NCBI GenBank assembly: GCA_050012495.1
Contig: JBEKHB010000001.1
Span: 11,304 to 75,303, forward strand
Direction of reading: 5' to 3'
DNA from: Syntrophorhabdales bacterium
Lineage (GTDB): Bacteria > Desulfobacterota > Syntrophorhabdia > Syntrophorhabdales > WCHB1-27
DNA: 64,000 nt
In this document: positions 8,344 through 18,299 of the stretch, piece by piece
Numbering within the stretch: the first letter of the stretch is position 1
Layout of the letters: every line of letters begins with the position of its first letter
Made by a program: the position numbers and the translations under genes
The notes under the pieces: model-generated
Seen by the model: only the letters and a program-made list of their open reading frames with translations
Told to the model about the DNA's origin: nothing
Databases searched by the model: none

Positions 8344-10292
8344 TGAGCCTCCAACCATGCCTGAAACATCAGCACATCCCATAGGTGATACTGCCAGTTG
8401 TGATTACCTGTAAGATGATCACGCCACATGTCCCGGATAGGCCCGGGGTTGAAAAAACTTTCCTTCTGTAAGCGCTGTTTGTCGAGCAGTGCCTCTGCCC
8501 AGTCACGCAGAGGCCCCCGTATCCAGGACCCAATGGGAACACCGAAGCCTGCCTTGGGTCGGTCTGTCAATTCTTTAGGGACGTATCTATTGAGGATCTG
8601 GCGAAGCAACCACTTACTCTGGCCGCTCCTGACTTTCATAGAAAGCGGTACGCCCCAGATAAATTCCACCACCCGATGGTCAACGAATGGCACACGGGAT
8701 TCCAGGCTTACCCCCATCGTCGCCCGGTCTAACTTAGTCAGGATGTCGTCGGGCAAATACGTAACCAGATCGAGATACATCATCTGTGCCGTAATGTCCC
8801 CTGTGTTGAGCCACTGGGCAGGCGTTGATACACTGGTAGCAGGTTCCTCGGCTCCCAGAACAAGATATGCGGGTTTTTGCCAGTGTGAAATGAAGCGCCA
8901 ATACATTTCCATTGGGTCGCGGGCATCGAGGATACTGGCAAGCTTGTGCAGTTTGTCTCCTGGCGTCCTTTGTTTAAAGGAGTCGGGTAGTATTAACCGG
9001 GCGGCATTGAAAATCCAATCCCATGTCCTGGGCGAGACGGTTTCTATCGCCTTGGCCGCATACTTTCTGACCGGTTGCGGGAACCATCGCAGTTTGCGCC
9101 AAATCCTCTGCCACCAAAAATGGCGGTTATATCCACCGAAAAGCTCATCTCCGGCATCACCGGTCAGGCCTACCGTTACGTATCTTCTCGCCAATTGCGA
9201 AACGAGAAACGTGGGTATTTGGGAAGAGTCAGCAAACGGTTCATCGTAGAGGATGGGAAGCCTGGGAATGACTGCCATCGCGTCTTTAGGTGATATATAT
9301 AACTCAGTATGATCCGTCCCTAAATGCCGGGCCACTGCTCTCGCATCCATCGTTTCATTGTAAGCTTCCTCGGTGAAGCCGATGGTAAAGGTTTTTACAG
9401 GACGCGTGCTCTGCGCCTGCATAAGCGCAACGATTGTGGATGAATCGATTCCACCGGAAAAGAGCGCGCCCAGAGGTACATCGGCAATCATCTGCTTGCC
9501 AACGGCATCGCGCAGCAGCGTTTCGAGAACGTCAGCAAGCTCTTCTTCCGTCCCCGCAAACGGGCTTTCCAGACCGTGCTCGGCAACAGTGCGTGCCGAC
9601 CAATAGGTTGCCGACTCCGGATATTGCCCTTCACCGGCAGCATCGGTGATCGTGATGGTGGTACCTGGGATGAGTTTACGAATGCCTTTATGAATAGTAT
9701 AGGGGGCGGGGATGCAGTTGTGCCGCAAGTAGAGGGCAACAGCATTGCGATCAATATCGGCATGAAAGGCAGGATACGCCCTTAAGGCCTTCAGTTCTGA
9801 ACCGAACAGGAAGACATCACCGCACCAGCCGTAATACAACGGTTTTTCCCCAATGCGGTCACGTACCAAGGTCAGACTGTGCTCCTGCCTATCCCACAGT
9901 GCGAAAGCGAACATACCGACAAACCTCTTCAGTGCGGCGTCTATACCCCAATGTTCAATCGCGAAGAGCATAACCTCCGTATCAGACTGACCCCGCCAGT
10001 CATGCGGTGAGAGTGAATCCAGCTCTTTTCTAATAGACAAGAAGTTATAAATTTCACCATTGAAAACGATAACATACCGACCGGAAGAAGAGTGCATCGG
10101 CTGATGGCCGGTGGGGGAAAGATCGAGAATGGAGAGGCGGCGATGGCCAAGCGCTATTCCAGCAGCCTGATCATACCAGATGCCGAAGTCGTCCGGACCC
10201 CGGTGGGACAGGCACTCTGTGGCGAGCCGCAAAAATTCCAATTGATCTGCGTGAAACCCTCTTTTTCTTATGAATCCGGTGAATCCGCACAT
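8340..10292 (-). CDS. asnB: Asparagine synthetase-like glutamine amidotransferase (sugar amidation)
   Basis: MCG N-terminus, HRGPDD, GHRRLSILDL, FNGEIYN, SGGIDSS, GDAGDELFGGY. Confidence 0.93.
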   Translation of the reverse strand: MCGFTGFIRKRGFHADQLEFLRLATECLSHRGPDDFGIWYDQAAGIALGHRRLSILDLSPTGHQPMHSSSGRYVIVFNGEIYNFLSIRKELDSLSPHDWRGQSDTEVMLFAIEHWGIDAALKRFVGMFAFALWDRQEHSLTLVRDRIGEKPLYYGWCGDVFLFGSELKALRAYPAFHADIDRNAVALYLRHNCIPAPYTIHKGIRKLIPGTTITITDAAGEGQYPESATYWSARTVAEHGLESPFAGTEEELADVLETLLRDAVGKQMIADVPLGALFSGGIDSSTIVALMQAQSTRPVKTFTIGFTEEAYNETMDARAVARHLGTDHTELYISPKDAMAVIPRLPILYDEPFADSSQIPTFLVSQLARRYVTVGLTGDAGDELFGGYNRHFWWQRIWRKLRWFPQPVRKYAAKAIETVSPRTWDWIFNAARLILPDSFKQRTPGDKLHKLASILDARDPMEMYWRFISHWQKPAYLVLGAEEPATSVSTPAQWLNTGDITAQMMYLDLVTYLPDDILTKLDRATMGVSLESRVPFVDHRVVEFIWGVPLSMKVRSGQSKWLLRQILNRYVPKELTDRPKAGFGVPIGSWIRGPLRDWAEALLDKQRLQKESFFNPGPIRDMWRDHLTGNHNWQYHLWDVLMFQAWLEAQ

Positions 10293-10301
10293 GTGGTTAA
10301 A

Positions 10302-11372
10302 CTAGTATTCCTTAACTACTGATTTAAGCAATGTTGCAAGTCTGCTTGAGGTGACCTGCACACAGTAGCTATTTTCAACCTTTTCTCGACCGGCCCTTCC
10401 CATGAGTGAGCGCAGAGACTCATTACCGAAAAGGATCCGAAGTGACTCCGACCATTCGTCTAAGGTCGAGGCAAGAAAACCGTTACTGCCATGGTCGACG
10501 ATCTCTTGATTAACGCCTACGGGAGATGCGATAACGGGCTTGGAACATGCCATGTACTGGATCAATTTATATCCGCATTTACCGCGTTCCCAGGGACTGT
10601 CCGGCAAGGGCATGATTCCTACATCGAAATCGTAAATATCGGCGACTTCAGTCTTATCCGACCACGGACGAAATTGCATCGGTACGCCTTCGACCTTTAT
10701 ATTGTGTGCCCCAATGAGGACAAGCTTAATCCGTGCTGACAAACCGGATATTTCGGCAAGTACCGGTTTGAGATAGCCCAAATATCTTTCCGTCACAGGT
10801 GTTCCGATCCACCCAACCGAGAAATAATCCTTTTCCGTCCGGGGAAGGAGACGATACCTATCCAAATCGATTACTGTTGGAAGTACCTCTACGCGTTTCG
10901 CGCCTGCCTGCCGCGCCTGTCCCGCCAAATAGCTGTTTCCAGCTATCACCAGCGCAGCATGTCGCATAACTGTGTCAATCTTCTTTCCCAAAATATTGCG
11001 GAACGGGTTCTTTGAATGTGTGTCGTAAGTGTGGAAAACTGCATCGTCATAGTCAACCACGTACGGAATGCCCAGTCGTGCCAGCAGTAACTCTGCGAAA
11101 GAAGGCAGCCATGGGAACAATTCTTTTTCCACGAGGAGCAAATCGAATTTGGAGCTTTTGAAAAGTAACATAAGCCTGTGTAAATAGGCAGAGAAAATGC
11201 GCGTAATATTCAAAGGTTTTTGTGTGTACAAATTCTTCAGATAATTGTTGTCGAGCAAAGGTGCAACAGTCACGTCGATACCTGCAGCCTGCAAAAACGG
11301 CAGATACTGAAGAAAACGCATCCTGCTGCTCGCTCCAAGGTTTTCGTATCGACTGAGGAGAAGGATCTTCAC
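10302..11372 (-). CDS. GT4 glycosyltransferase
   Basis: GASSRMR, DYDDAVF, GKCGYKLIQYMA, SPVGVN. Confidence 0.9.
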   Translation of the reverse strand: MKILLLSRYENLGASSRMRFLQYLPFLQAAGIDVTVAPLLDNNYLKNLYTQKPLNITRIFSAYLHRLMLLFKSSKFDLLLVEKELFPWLPSFAELLLARLGIPYVVDYDDAVFHTYDTHSKNPFRNILGKKIDTVMRHAALVIAGNSYLAGQARQAGAKRVEVLPTVIDLDRYRLLPRTEKDYFSVGWIGTPVTERYLGYLKPVLAEISGLSARIKLVLIGAHNIKVEGVPMQFRPWSDKTEVADIYDFDVGIMPLPDSPWERGKCGYKLIQYMACSKPVIASPVGVNQEIVDHGSNGFLASTLDEWSESLRILFGNESLRSLMGRAGREKVENSYCVQVTSSRLATLLKSVVKEY

Positions 11373-12325
11373 GGGAAATTACGTTTCATCCCTGTAACAA
11401 TAATACCGGGCAGAGCCTTCGAAAACATCTTGTATGCCGTTATAGTTTCGGCGACATCCTGGACCGAACGCCGGCCGATCCCCAGGGCTAACCGCGACAA
11501 AGGCTCAATGAAGGCCGTAGCCAACATAAGCGATGTTGCACTGAACCAACTGAAGTGCTTATATCCGTATAATACCCGGCTGCGTAGCGAATAAAATAAC
11601 CGACCTGCTCTTATTTGTTCCGACGATCCCCCGCCCTTGTGGTAGGCTTGTGCTTCCGCAAGATAGAAGCATCGGTATCCGACTTGTTGAGCCCTACGTG
11701 AGAAATCAACCTCCTCAAAATAAACAAAGAACCTTTCGTCAAACCCTCCTAAACTTTCAAATAATGAACGTCGTACAAAAAAGAAAGCGCCCATTACTTC
11801 ATCAACGTAGCTATTCGAGGCATGATCCCATTCCGTCATGAAGTGGTTTGGGAAACAGCTCGGGAAAAGCTTGTCAAGAGCAAGCATTTTAACAATAAAC
11901 CGGCCGGCAGTGGGGAAGCAGGCACAGGTTCGTAACACAGTGCGAGTGTCGTCAACAAGTTGGATACCGACTATTCCAACTGCCGAATTCTCCGAGTTTC
12001 CCAAAAAATGAATCGGCACAGATAATGACTTTTCAAATAGTAGTGTATCCGGATTCAGAAAAAGGATGTAATCAGCTTTACCGTCTTTTGCCCCCCGGTT
12101 ACACGCGGCTGCAAAGCCCTTATTGTCAGAATTGAGGATAAGCGCGATTGGTAAATTTATGTCCTGCAAATCGGCAACAGAACCATCCGAAGACCCGTTA
12201 TCCACTATTACCACCCGACTCAAGTCAAACTCCATTCGATTCGCCGTAAGGATGGACCGTAGACACTCCCTTAACAGAGGTCCCGCGTTCCAGTTTACAA
12301 TGACCACATCCAGGGTGTTTTTCAT
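11369..12325 (-). CDS. GT2 glycosyltransferase (rhamnosyltransferase-like)
   Basis: VIVNWN, VDNGSSD, GFAAACN, LNPD, GFDERFFVYFEEVD. Confidence 0.9.
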   Translation of the reverse strand: MKNTLDVVIVNWNAGPLLRECLRSILTANRMEFDLSRVVIVDNGSSDGSVADLQDINLPIALILNSDNKGFAAACNRGAKDGKADYILFLNPDTLLFEKSLSVPIHFLGNSENSAVGIVGIQLVDDTRTVLRTCACFPTAGRFIVKMLALDKLFPSCFPNHFMTEWDHASNSYVDEVMGAFFFVRRSLFESLGGFDERFFVYFEEVDFSRRAQQVGYRCFYLAEAQAYHKGGGSSEQIRAGRLFYSLRSRVLYGYKHFSWFSATSLMLATAFIEPLSRLALGIGRRSVQDVAETITAYKMFSKALPGIIVTGMKRNFP

Positions 12326-12395
12326 GGTTTGTTCGGTAAGTCAGCCTGCACGACAAAGCTCCAAGCAATACCCCCGCATTTCCTGCACCGGCAGC

Positions 12396-13679
12396 TTATG
12401 GCAGCCTGTTGTCAGATCTAGGACCAAGAGCGGCCGCAAAAGAGCTCCGTCCTCGTCCGCCATAAAAGGGTAGACGGCAGAGCACACACGTGAAGAATAC
12501 CGCCTGTATCCAAAAACTTAGTCCGGTAAAAAAAAGCTCACCGGCACTGCTTGTCACTAAACTCCCGAATGTCAACCCGTATAGAATTACAAAGGGAGCG
12601 CTATAAGCTGTTGCTTTCTTATAAATCCATGTTGTAATAATTCCGAGACAGAACATAATGATCGCCAATCCAGTTACGCCAAAATCCGTGTAATAAGGAT
12701 AATACATTGTGTATACATTGGTTGGCGATGGCACAAACGTGAAACTAAGAATTCCGGAAGGAACGACAACGGTCGGATCAAAAGCTTTGGCAGCAGCCTT
12801 AAAAAATCTAAAAGTTAAGCCAGTAGTCTCACCCAGATTATCAGGTGCTCTTACAACTTGATCAAACGCTACCGGTCCGCTAAGAGCATACACCAGAGCA
12901 CTCTCCGCTATGCTCGCCAAATTTTCTGTGGCACTTTGATCCTGCGAGCCCCCTTTCTTGAGCAAGATGGCAGGTATAGAGAAAACAAGGGAAAAGACTA
13001 TCAATCCAATTATTAAAGTCTTAATTCTCAACCTGCCCGCGCGAAGCGAGGCCATGCCGATGAGTCCGAAAATAAGTACTATGGCACCGGACCGCGCTGC
13101 CGAAAACAGATGATAGGTTAATGTTATGGCAGCTAAAGTAAAAAAGCGAGTTCTTTGAGCACGCGAGCCATCATCCATATAAAATGAAGTAAAGGTAGCG
13201 AAGGTAGCGAGGGCAGTCAAATAGCCAAACATTCCGAAGGCCTGGTCCCGCGGAACGTCAGTGGCGGTTTGCATTCTGAGGCCCGTATAAAACTCCACAC
13301 CTATCCCATGCATCATACTAAGTCTCTGTAAGCGCATCCAATAAAAGGGGAACGCCAGGAATAAGACCGCTATTGTTATATCGATGACATGCCTTAGAAA
13401 TGCTTGCTGGTACCTTGTTGGCGATCCGTGGGATACGTCTATTCCTCTAGAGAAACGGAGGATTAATAGGCCGCCTAAGCTAAACATAACCGCACCGAGT
13501 AGATATATCATTAAAGTTTCTTCTGAAATTCGATCAAAAAAACCTCCGCATAAGAATAGAGTAAACATCAAGACTGTCCATAAAGTTGAAAAGAGTGCAG
13601 GCGGATACAAGACCGATTTTCCTATTCTGGCGTTAGCCCAACCCAGTATTCCGAGTACAATAACAAAAACGAGAATCAT
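12396..13679 (-). CDS. wzy: Polysaccharide repeat-unit polymerase
   Basis: Many TM segments, PTNVYT...YYTDFG motif typical of the O-antigen polymerase family, Wzx in the same cassette. Confidence 0.8.
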   Translation of the reverse strand: MILVFVIVLGILGWANARIGKSVLYPPALFSTLWTVLMFTLFLCGGFFDRISEETLMIYLLGAVMFSLGGLLILRFSRGIDVSHGSPTRYQQAFLRHVIDITIAVLFLAFPFYWMRLQRLSMMHGIGVEFYTGLRMQTATDVPRDQAFGMFGYLTALATFATFTSFYMDDGSRAQRTRFFTLAAITLTYHLFSAARSGAIVLIFGLIGMASLRAGRLRIKTLIIGLIVFSLVFSIPAILLKKGGSQDQSATENLASIAESALVYALSGPVAFDQVVRAPDNLGETTGLTFRFFKAAAKAFDPTVVVPSGILSFTFVPSPTNVYTMYYPYYTDFGVTGLAIIMFCLGIITTWIYKKATAYSAPFVILYGLTFGSLVTSSAGELFFTGLSFWIQAVFFTCVLCRLPFYGGRGRSSFAAALGPRSDNRLP

Positions 13680-14609
13680 TTATCTGACATCCATAAATTG
13701 GTTGTTAAGCCTGTTGATACGCCACCGCTCCAAAAATGTTGACAGAACGAGGCACACTACTAGCATTGCTGTCGCCTCTACCCGCTTTTGGAGAGAGCTT
13801 TCTTTATGGATCAACCGAGTATATATCCGCCAAACATCTCGATATGATCGAGCAACCCCATACCGATATAACGCTTTCTTCAAATATTGAGCGGTAGAAA
13901 AAGGATCATGCTTGAGAATGTCCTTATGGTTTTCTAAAATCATCTCATAGGACCGAGCGATATCACGGGACCTAGCGATTGTGGTTTCCGCATTCGATAA
14001 GTTGTCGGATTGGCGGTGGATGACCCTTAGCGGCTTATTAACCGCCAGAAAGTTAAACCTTTTTGAAATTTCATAAACAAAAACCTGCTCACATCCCCGC
14101 AAACCCTCAGGAAGTAAGAAATGGTCAAACACTTCTCGTCGGTACACATAAATCATCTCACCACGGCGTAAAACGCCATGACACAAAATATCCCTTTCGT
14201 CAAGCACCTTGCCATCCGCGACCTGAACATTTTGTTTGCCCGTAGCAGCGATGACGCATGGAAACAGGGCAACACCAATATCATCGTTTGCATCATCCAT
14301 GACCCCTATCATGGATCGTAAAGCATCCGGGCATAGTTCATCGTCACTATCAAGAAAAACCACATAGCGGCCGAGAGCCAACGCTGCACCAGCGTTGCGA
14401 ACTGCATTTACTCCCCTGTTGTCACGAAAACGCAAGTAAACAATGCGTGTGTCCTTAAACCCATCGACAACATCCTTTGTATCGTCCGATGACCCATCAT
14501 CAGCAATTACCCATTGGAAATTAGCCTTCTGGTCCTTAATGCTCAGCCACGCACGCGGAAGCAAGGTCGATCTGTTGTAAGTAGGGGTCACTATAGAAAT
14601 GTCTACCAT
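13680..14609 (-). CDS. GT2 glycosyltransferase
   Basis: ISIVTPTYNR, ADDGSSD, RNAG, FLDSDD. Start at MVDISIV. Confidence 0.9.
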   Translation of the reverse strand: MVDISIVTPTYNRSTLLPRAWLSIKDQKANFQWVIADDGSSDDTKDVVDGFKDTRIVYLRFRDNRGVNAVRNAGAALALGRYVVFLDSDDELCPDALRSMIGVMDDANDDIGVALFPCVIAATGKQNVQVADGKVLDERDILCHGVLRRGEMIYVYRREVFDHFLLPEGLRGCEQVFVYEISKRFNFLAVNKPLRVIHRQSDNLSNAETTIARSRDIARSYEMILENHKDILKHDPFSTAQYLKKALYRYGVARSYRDVWRIYTRLIHKESSLQKRVEATAMLVVCLVLSTFLERWRINRLNNQFMDVR

Positions 14610-14871
14610 TCTCTTTCGGTTCTTCCGCTCGATGCGTACTTTTCGCTTGAAAAAGATGTGAACATACAACCCAATAAAGAGAAGCAGCCAGCGTCTCTTA
14701 TCAGAGGGGAAGTATATCCACAAGTCTGTTGTACCATGGATTCGGTCTCGGCTACACGCATGTAATGACAGCATATGAGGAGGGCAAGGCGATCTTTACC
14801 ATGAGGCATAACATTAAATGTCAGTGGACGGAATATTAGTCATGTAATCCGTCTAGTTGATCTATCAAAGC

Positions 14872-15657
14872 TCACTTGTCAGCATATCGATCGGCAATGC
14901 GCGCCCACCGCTTGCGTTGCGTTGCCCGCGGAAGACTCCAGAATACTCGACTGCGCAATCCATTATAAATCCGTCGCCACATCTCTCTTCCCTGCATGGC
15001 TGGCCGATATTTAAGGTCAATGTCGATTCCTGCCTGCCGGCAAACCTGTCTGCCCCACGGCAACCACTGGCCGCGTTCGACACAATGCTGATATTTGATA
15101 GCCGGTTGCCATACGCACCATAGCGGGTCAGGCAAGTTGGGGCTGCTACCGCTACCTTTAAATTCGAAATCCCAAATGCTGTACTCTGGTTTGAGCAGCG
15201 ACCGTAATGTATCGGCCTTCCAAAACGAGACTTGGCTGGTAATTCGATAAGGGTCACCCGGCACCACCCGCCCCAATTCGGGATAGCCTTCAACGGGTTC
15301 AGAAGGAGCTGGATTGGGTGCTAGCCGCAAGCACCCCACGCGATTCTCGACAGCCACCTGCGCTAATCGCACCACTCGAGCCGTCTCGACCTTGTCTTCG
15401 ATAAGAAAGTCTTCTAAAAAAGTAAGGACGTACGGCTTGTCAAGCGTGTCTAGCAATTGCCGGAGTTGTGTCCCCCATGTGACTTCATCACCCGTTCTGA
15501 TCGAAATGACGCGCGAATCCTCATATGTCTGATGATTCGTACCCAAGTACACCTGAAACGGACAATCAGGCCACCATTTCCAGAAGAATGTGAAGAACGG
15601 TTTCCACAAATCTGCATAACGGTCATGCGAAATGACAATCAGCGGAATGTCATGCAT
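14872..15657 (-). CDS. Putative GT-A fold glycosyltransferase (conserved hypothetical)
   Basis: YADLW..FF...WPDCP, FLEDF acidic motif, SIWDFE. GAGGGGAG RBS. Located in the polysaccharide cassette. Confidence 0.6.
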   Translation of the reverse strand: MHDIPLIVISHDRYADLWKPFFTFFWKWWPDCPFQVYLGTNHQTYEDSRVISIRTGDEVTWGTQLRQLLDTLDKPYVLTFLEDFLIEDKVETARVVRLAQVAVENRVGCLRLAPNPAPSEPVEGYPELGRVVPGDPYRITSQVSFWKADTLRSLLKPEYSIWDFEFKGSGSSPNLPDPLWCVWQPAIKYQHCVERGQWLPWGRQVCRQAGIDIDLKYRPAMQGREMWRRIYNGLRSRVFWSLPRATQRKRWARIADRYADK

Positions 15658-15685
15658 TTCTCCCCTCCTTCAAAAGCTATGAACA

Positions 15686-15785
15686 GTCTCATAATACTCC
15701 TGTCATGCCGGCCTTGATCCGGTACTAGGAAGGGCCCGGATTCTGGCAGCAGCCTGAATGACAACGCATCGAATAATTATGAGAC
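15686..15785. mobile_element. MITE/REP-like palindromic element
   Basis: Perfect 10-bp terminal IR GTCTCATAAT / ATTATGAGAC enclosing TGTCATGCCGG...GAATGACA, a REP/RPE-type palindrome. Intergenic. Confidence 0.6.
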
Positions 15786-15836
15786 GGCTAATAATTCCTC
15801 CAACTGAAAGATGATTTGTCCCGGTGCGGAAACAGA

Positions 15837-16655
15837 TTAGTCAGTCAGGATAACGGCATAATTGGCGTACTGGAAGTTCTCCAAGGCAGGCGTGTAGTGC
15901 AGTATACGTCGTGCACCAGTTGGCCCCAGTTTATGAAACTGATAACGCGGATTGACCTCTTTCACAAATTCCCAGACATCACGTAGCAAGATAGAGGCAT
16001 CAATGTAAGTGCCACCATACTCAAATTGAATGGCGCGCACCTGCCCTTGTCGGAGTGACTCACGCATCCCTCTTAAGACACTCAATTCGTGGCCTTCCGT
16101 GTCGATCTTAACCAGGTCGACTTGAGTCAATCCCGCCCTCTGGCAGTACCGGTCGAAGGTATCAATCTGGATCGCAACAGTCTTCAGTTTTTGATATTCT
16201 GGCAGGCTTGATCGGACGTACAATGAGTTAAGACCGCTCTCTTCCCCTTCGCCGGCGACATGCAACATCGCTTGACCGGGAGCACCCCCCAGCCCGCAAT
16301 TATTGAACACAACCCGGCCAGTGCACTGTTTCAATAATATCCGGCTTTGCAACAGCCGAAACGTGGTCGGGCTTGGCTCAAAGCAATGAATTTGAACCGT
16401 AGCATTGAGTTGCAGGGCCAACGCGGTCCAATCGCCGATATTAGCGCCAACGTCAAACGCTACGCGAGCCTGCCTAAGCATTTCTTGTAAGAATCGCCGC
16501 TCGCCGTTTATGGCGAAATCAATCTCTTGCTCACCGTTATGCAAATCGACAATTCGCTTGGACACCCGATAAACCATGGGAACCCTGGAGACATAGTACA
16601 GTCCCAACTTAATGCTGCGTTTGAGTGGCGTTACCAGATCGTTGTTCATGGACAC
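15837..16655 (-). CDS. FkbM-family methyltransferase
   Basis: FDVGANIG, HCFEP, DLVKIDTEGHEL.VLRG, QFEY. Confidence 0.9.
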   Translation of the reverse strand: MSMNNDLVTPLKRSIKLGLYYVSRVPMVYRVSKRIVDLHNGEQEIDFAINGERRFLQEMLRQARVAFDVGANIGDWTALALQLNATVQIHCFEPSPTTFRLLQSRILLKQCTGRVVFNNCGLGGAPGQAMLHVAGEGEESGLNSLYVRSSLPEYQKLKTVAIQIDTFDRYCQRAGLTQVDLVKIDTEGHELSVLRGMRESLRQGQVRAIQFEYGGTYIDASILLRDVWEFVKEVNPRYQFHKLGPTGARRILHYTPALENFQYANYAVILTD

Positions 16656-16678
16656 CAGTTCCCTTACATTAGATTACA

Positions 16679-17467
16679 TTACTTGGTCTTACTGAAGACA
16701 AACAAACCACAGCCACAATCACATCGGCGGGCAGTCTCAAACGAGGCATTCGCCACAATTCTCAATCCCTGATCCTCAATCAGGTGAAATTCCTTCAACT
16801 GAAGCGGGCGAATCGCTTCGACAATAGTTTGCGGATCAAACACCCGATGCGCGTCGAAACACAGATGTTCTCGCCCAACCGGCGTAGATAAGAGTAGAAT
16901 TCCACCGGGCGCCAACACGCGCGCTAATTCTTGCGCGGCCTGCAAGTAACCATTAGGATCAATCGGACCCCCATAACGACCAAGTCCAATATGCTCAATG
17001 ACATGCAGACAGCTCAAACTTATAACACTGTCGTCGTCAAACGGCAGATCGACAATTGACCCCTGTCGAAATTCAACATTCTTTACTTCTGAAGCTAAGG
17101 GCCGGAGGTCAACGTATACAACTCGACTAAAGACGAGCAAATGGGCAATAAAGCCATCCAGACGACTTCCGACATCGACATGCTCAATCACGGGTTGTTC
17201 GTAAAGATACTGGGCCGCCCAGAGGTCTTGAAAGAAGTAGTGTCCCTTTGCCGTTCCGGCACCAGCAAAACGATCCGCCGATGTATATAAGACATCGCCT
17301 ATCTTTATTCCGAACCGCCGATCCTGATTTCTCCTGCTATATTGAATCCAGTGGATTACATAGTATGGAACTGCTCGGCATCGGTTAATAAACGCCGCCG
17401 GATCAAATAAGAAGGAGCGGAAACAGTAATACAGCTGCTTTAGCGTAGGACTATCCGAGAATCTCAT
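16679..17467 (-). CDS. DUF268-like SAM-dependent methyltransferase-fold protein
   Basis: HYFFQDLWAA, HVDVGSRLDGF, SCLHVIEHIGLGRYG, FDAHR. Confidence 0.8.
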   Translation of the reverse strand: MRFSDSPTLKQLYYCFRSFLFDPAAFINRCRAVPYYVIHWIQYSRRNQDRRFGIKIGDVLYTSADRFAGAGTAKGHYFFQDLWAAQYLYEQPVIEHVDVGSRLDGFIAHLLVFSRVVYVDLRPLASEVKNVEFRQGSIVDLPFDDDSVISLSCLHVIEHIGLGRYGGPIDPNGYLQAAQELARVLAPGGILLLSTPVGREHLCFDAHRVFDPQTIVEAIRPLQLKEFHLIEDQGLRIVANASFETARRCDCGCGLFVFSKTK

Positions 17468-18299
17468 CTCTAAAGAACCAGCCGTAGTTGTCACAGAATG
17501 CCCTTCGTGCGTAGCTCTCAATTTGTGATCTTGAGACTGGCACCAAACCACTCTTTAAGCGGTAGGCCCTATAGCCGCATTTCCAGAACTCCTCAAAGGT
17601 CGCCACAAAATCCTGATTAATCTCCAACCTATTCTGCTGCAAGCAAATCTCGACGAACCACATGGGTTTAGGCGATTGCACCAACAGCTGCTGAGCCCCT
17701 TGTAATACGCCGAGTTCGGCCCCCTCCACATCAATCTTGATCAGCAATCGCTGCTCAAGAAATCTCTGGCCTACCGCGATATCCAACGAAGTTAATGGAA
17801 TAGTTGTTGCCTCGCCAGCAGAGGCTGAATGCCCGCCACCCCATTCATTTAGCAATGATGCTCCTGTCGCTTCACCATATATGGTGGTCAGGCGCGGTGA
17901 TCTTGCCAATCCCATTGGCCAAACCTCAACATCCTCAAAATGATTCGCCTTCAAGTTGTATAGCAACACCTTGAGATTCGCGGGAAGCGGCTCAAAAGCC
18001 ATAACATGTTTGCCATGCGAGCGAGCTAAGACCGTGTACATCCCTACGTTCGCCCCTACGTCAACAAACACATCGATTCTACTCAAGAGTGAGCTTATCC
18101 AATTGATCTCTAGCTCCTCATGGGCTCCCCAGTGACCTCCACCGGGCATTGCAAAGTAAAACCCAAGCGGCGTCACCTCCGGTCTCAGCTGTCTGTATTG
18201 CCACCATCTACGGATGCATCTAGCTGTACGCGTGACTACCGGCAATCGCGATCTTATCACTCCTCCTAACTGCAGCCTCAGAGACTGAGAACGCTTCAT
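17451..18299 (-). CDS. FkbM-family methyltransferase
   Basis: FVDVGANVGMY, AFEP, IKIDVEGAE. Confidence 0.9.
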   Translation of the reverse strand: MKRSQSLRLQLGGVIRSRLPVVTRTARCIRRWWQYRQLRPEVTPLGFYFAMPGGGHWGAHEELEINWISSLLSRIDVFVDVGANVGMYTVLARSHGKHVMAFEPLPANLKVLLYNLKANHFEDVEVWPMGLARSPRLTTIYGEATGASLLNEWGGGHSASAGEATTIPLTSLDIAVGQRFLEQRLLIKIDVEGAELGVLQGAQQLLVQSPKPMWFVEICLQQNRLEINQDFVATFEEFWKCGYRAYRLKSGLVPVSRSQIESYARRAFCDNYGWFFRDEILG

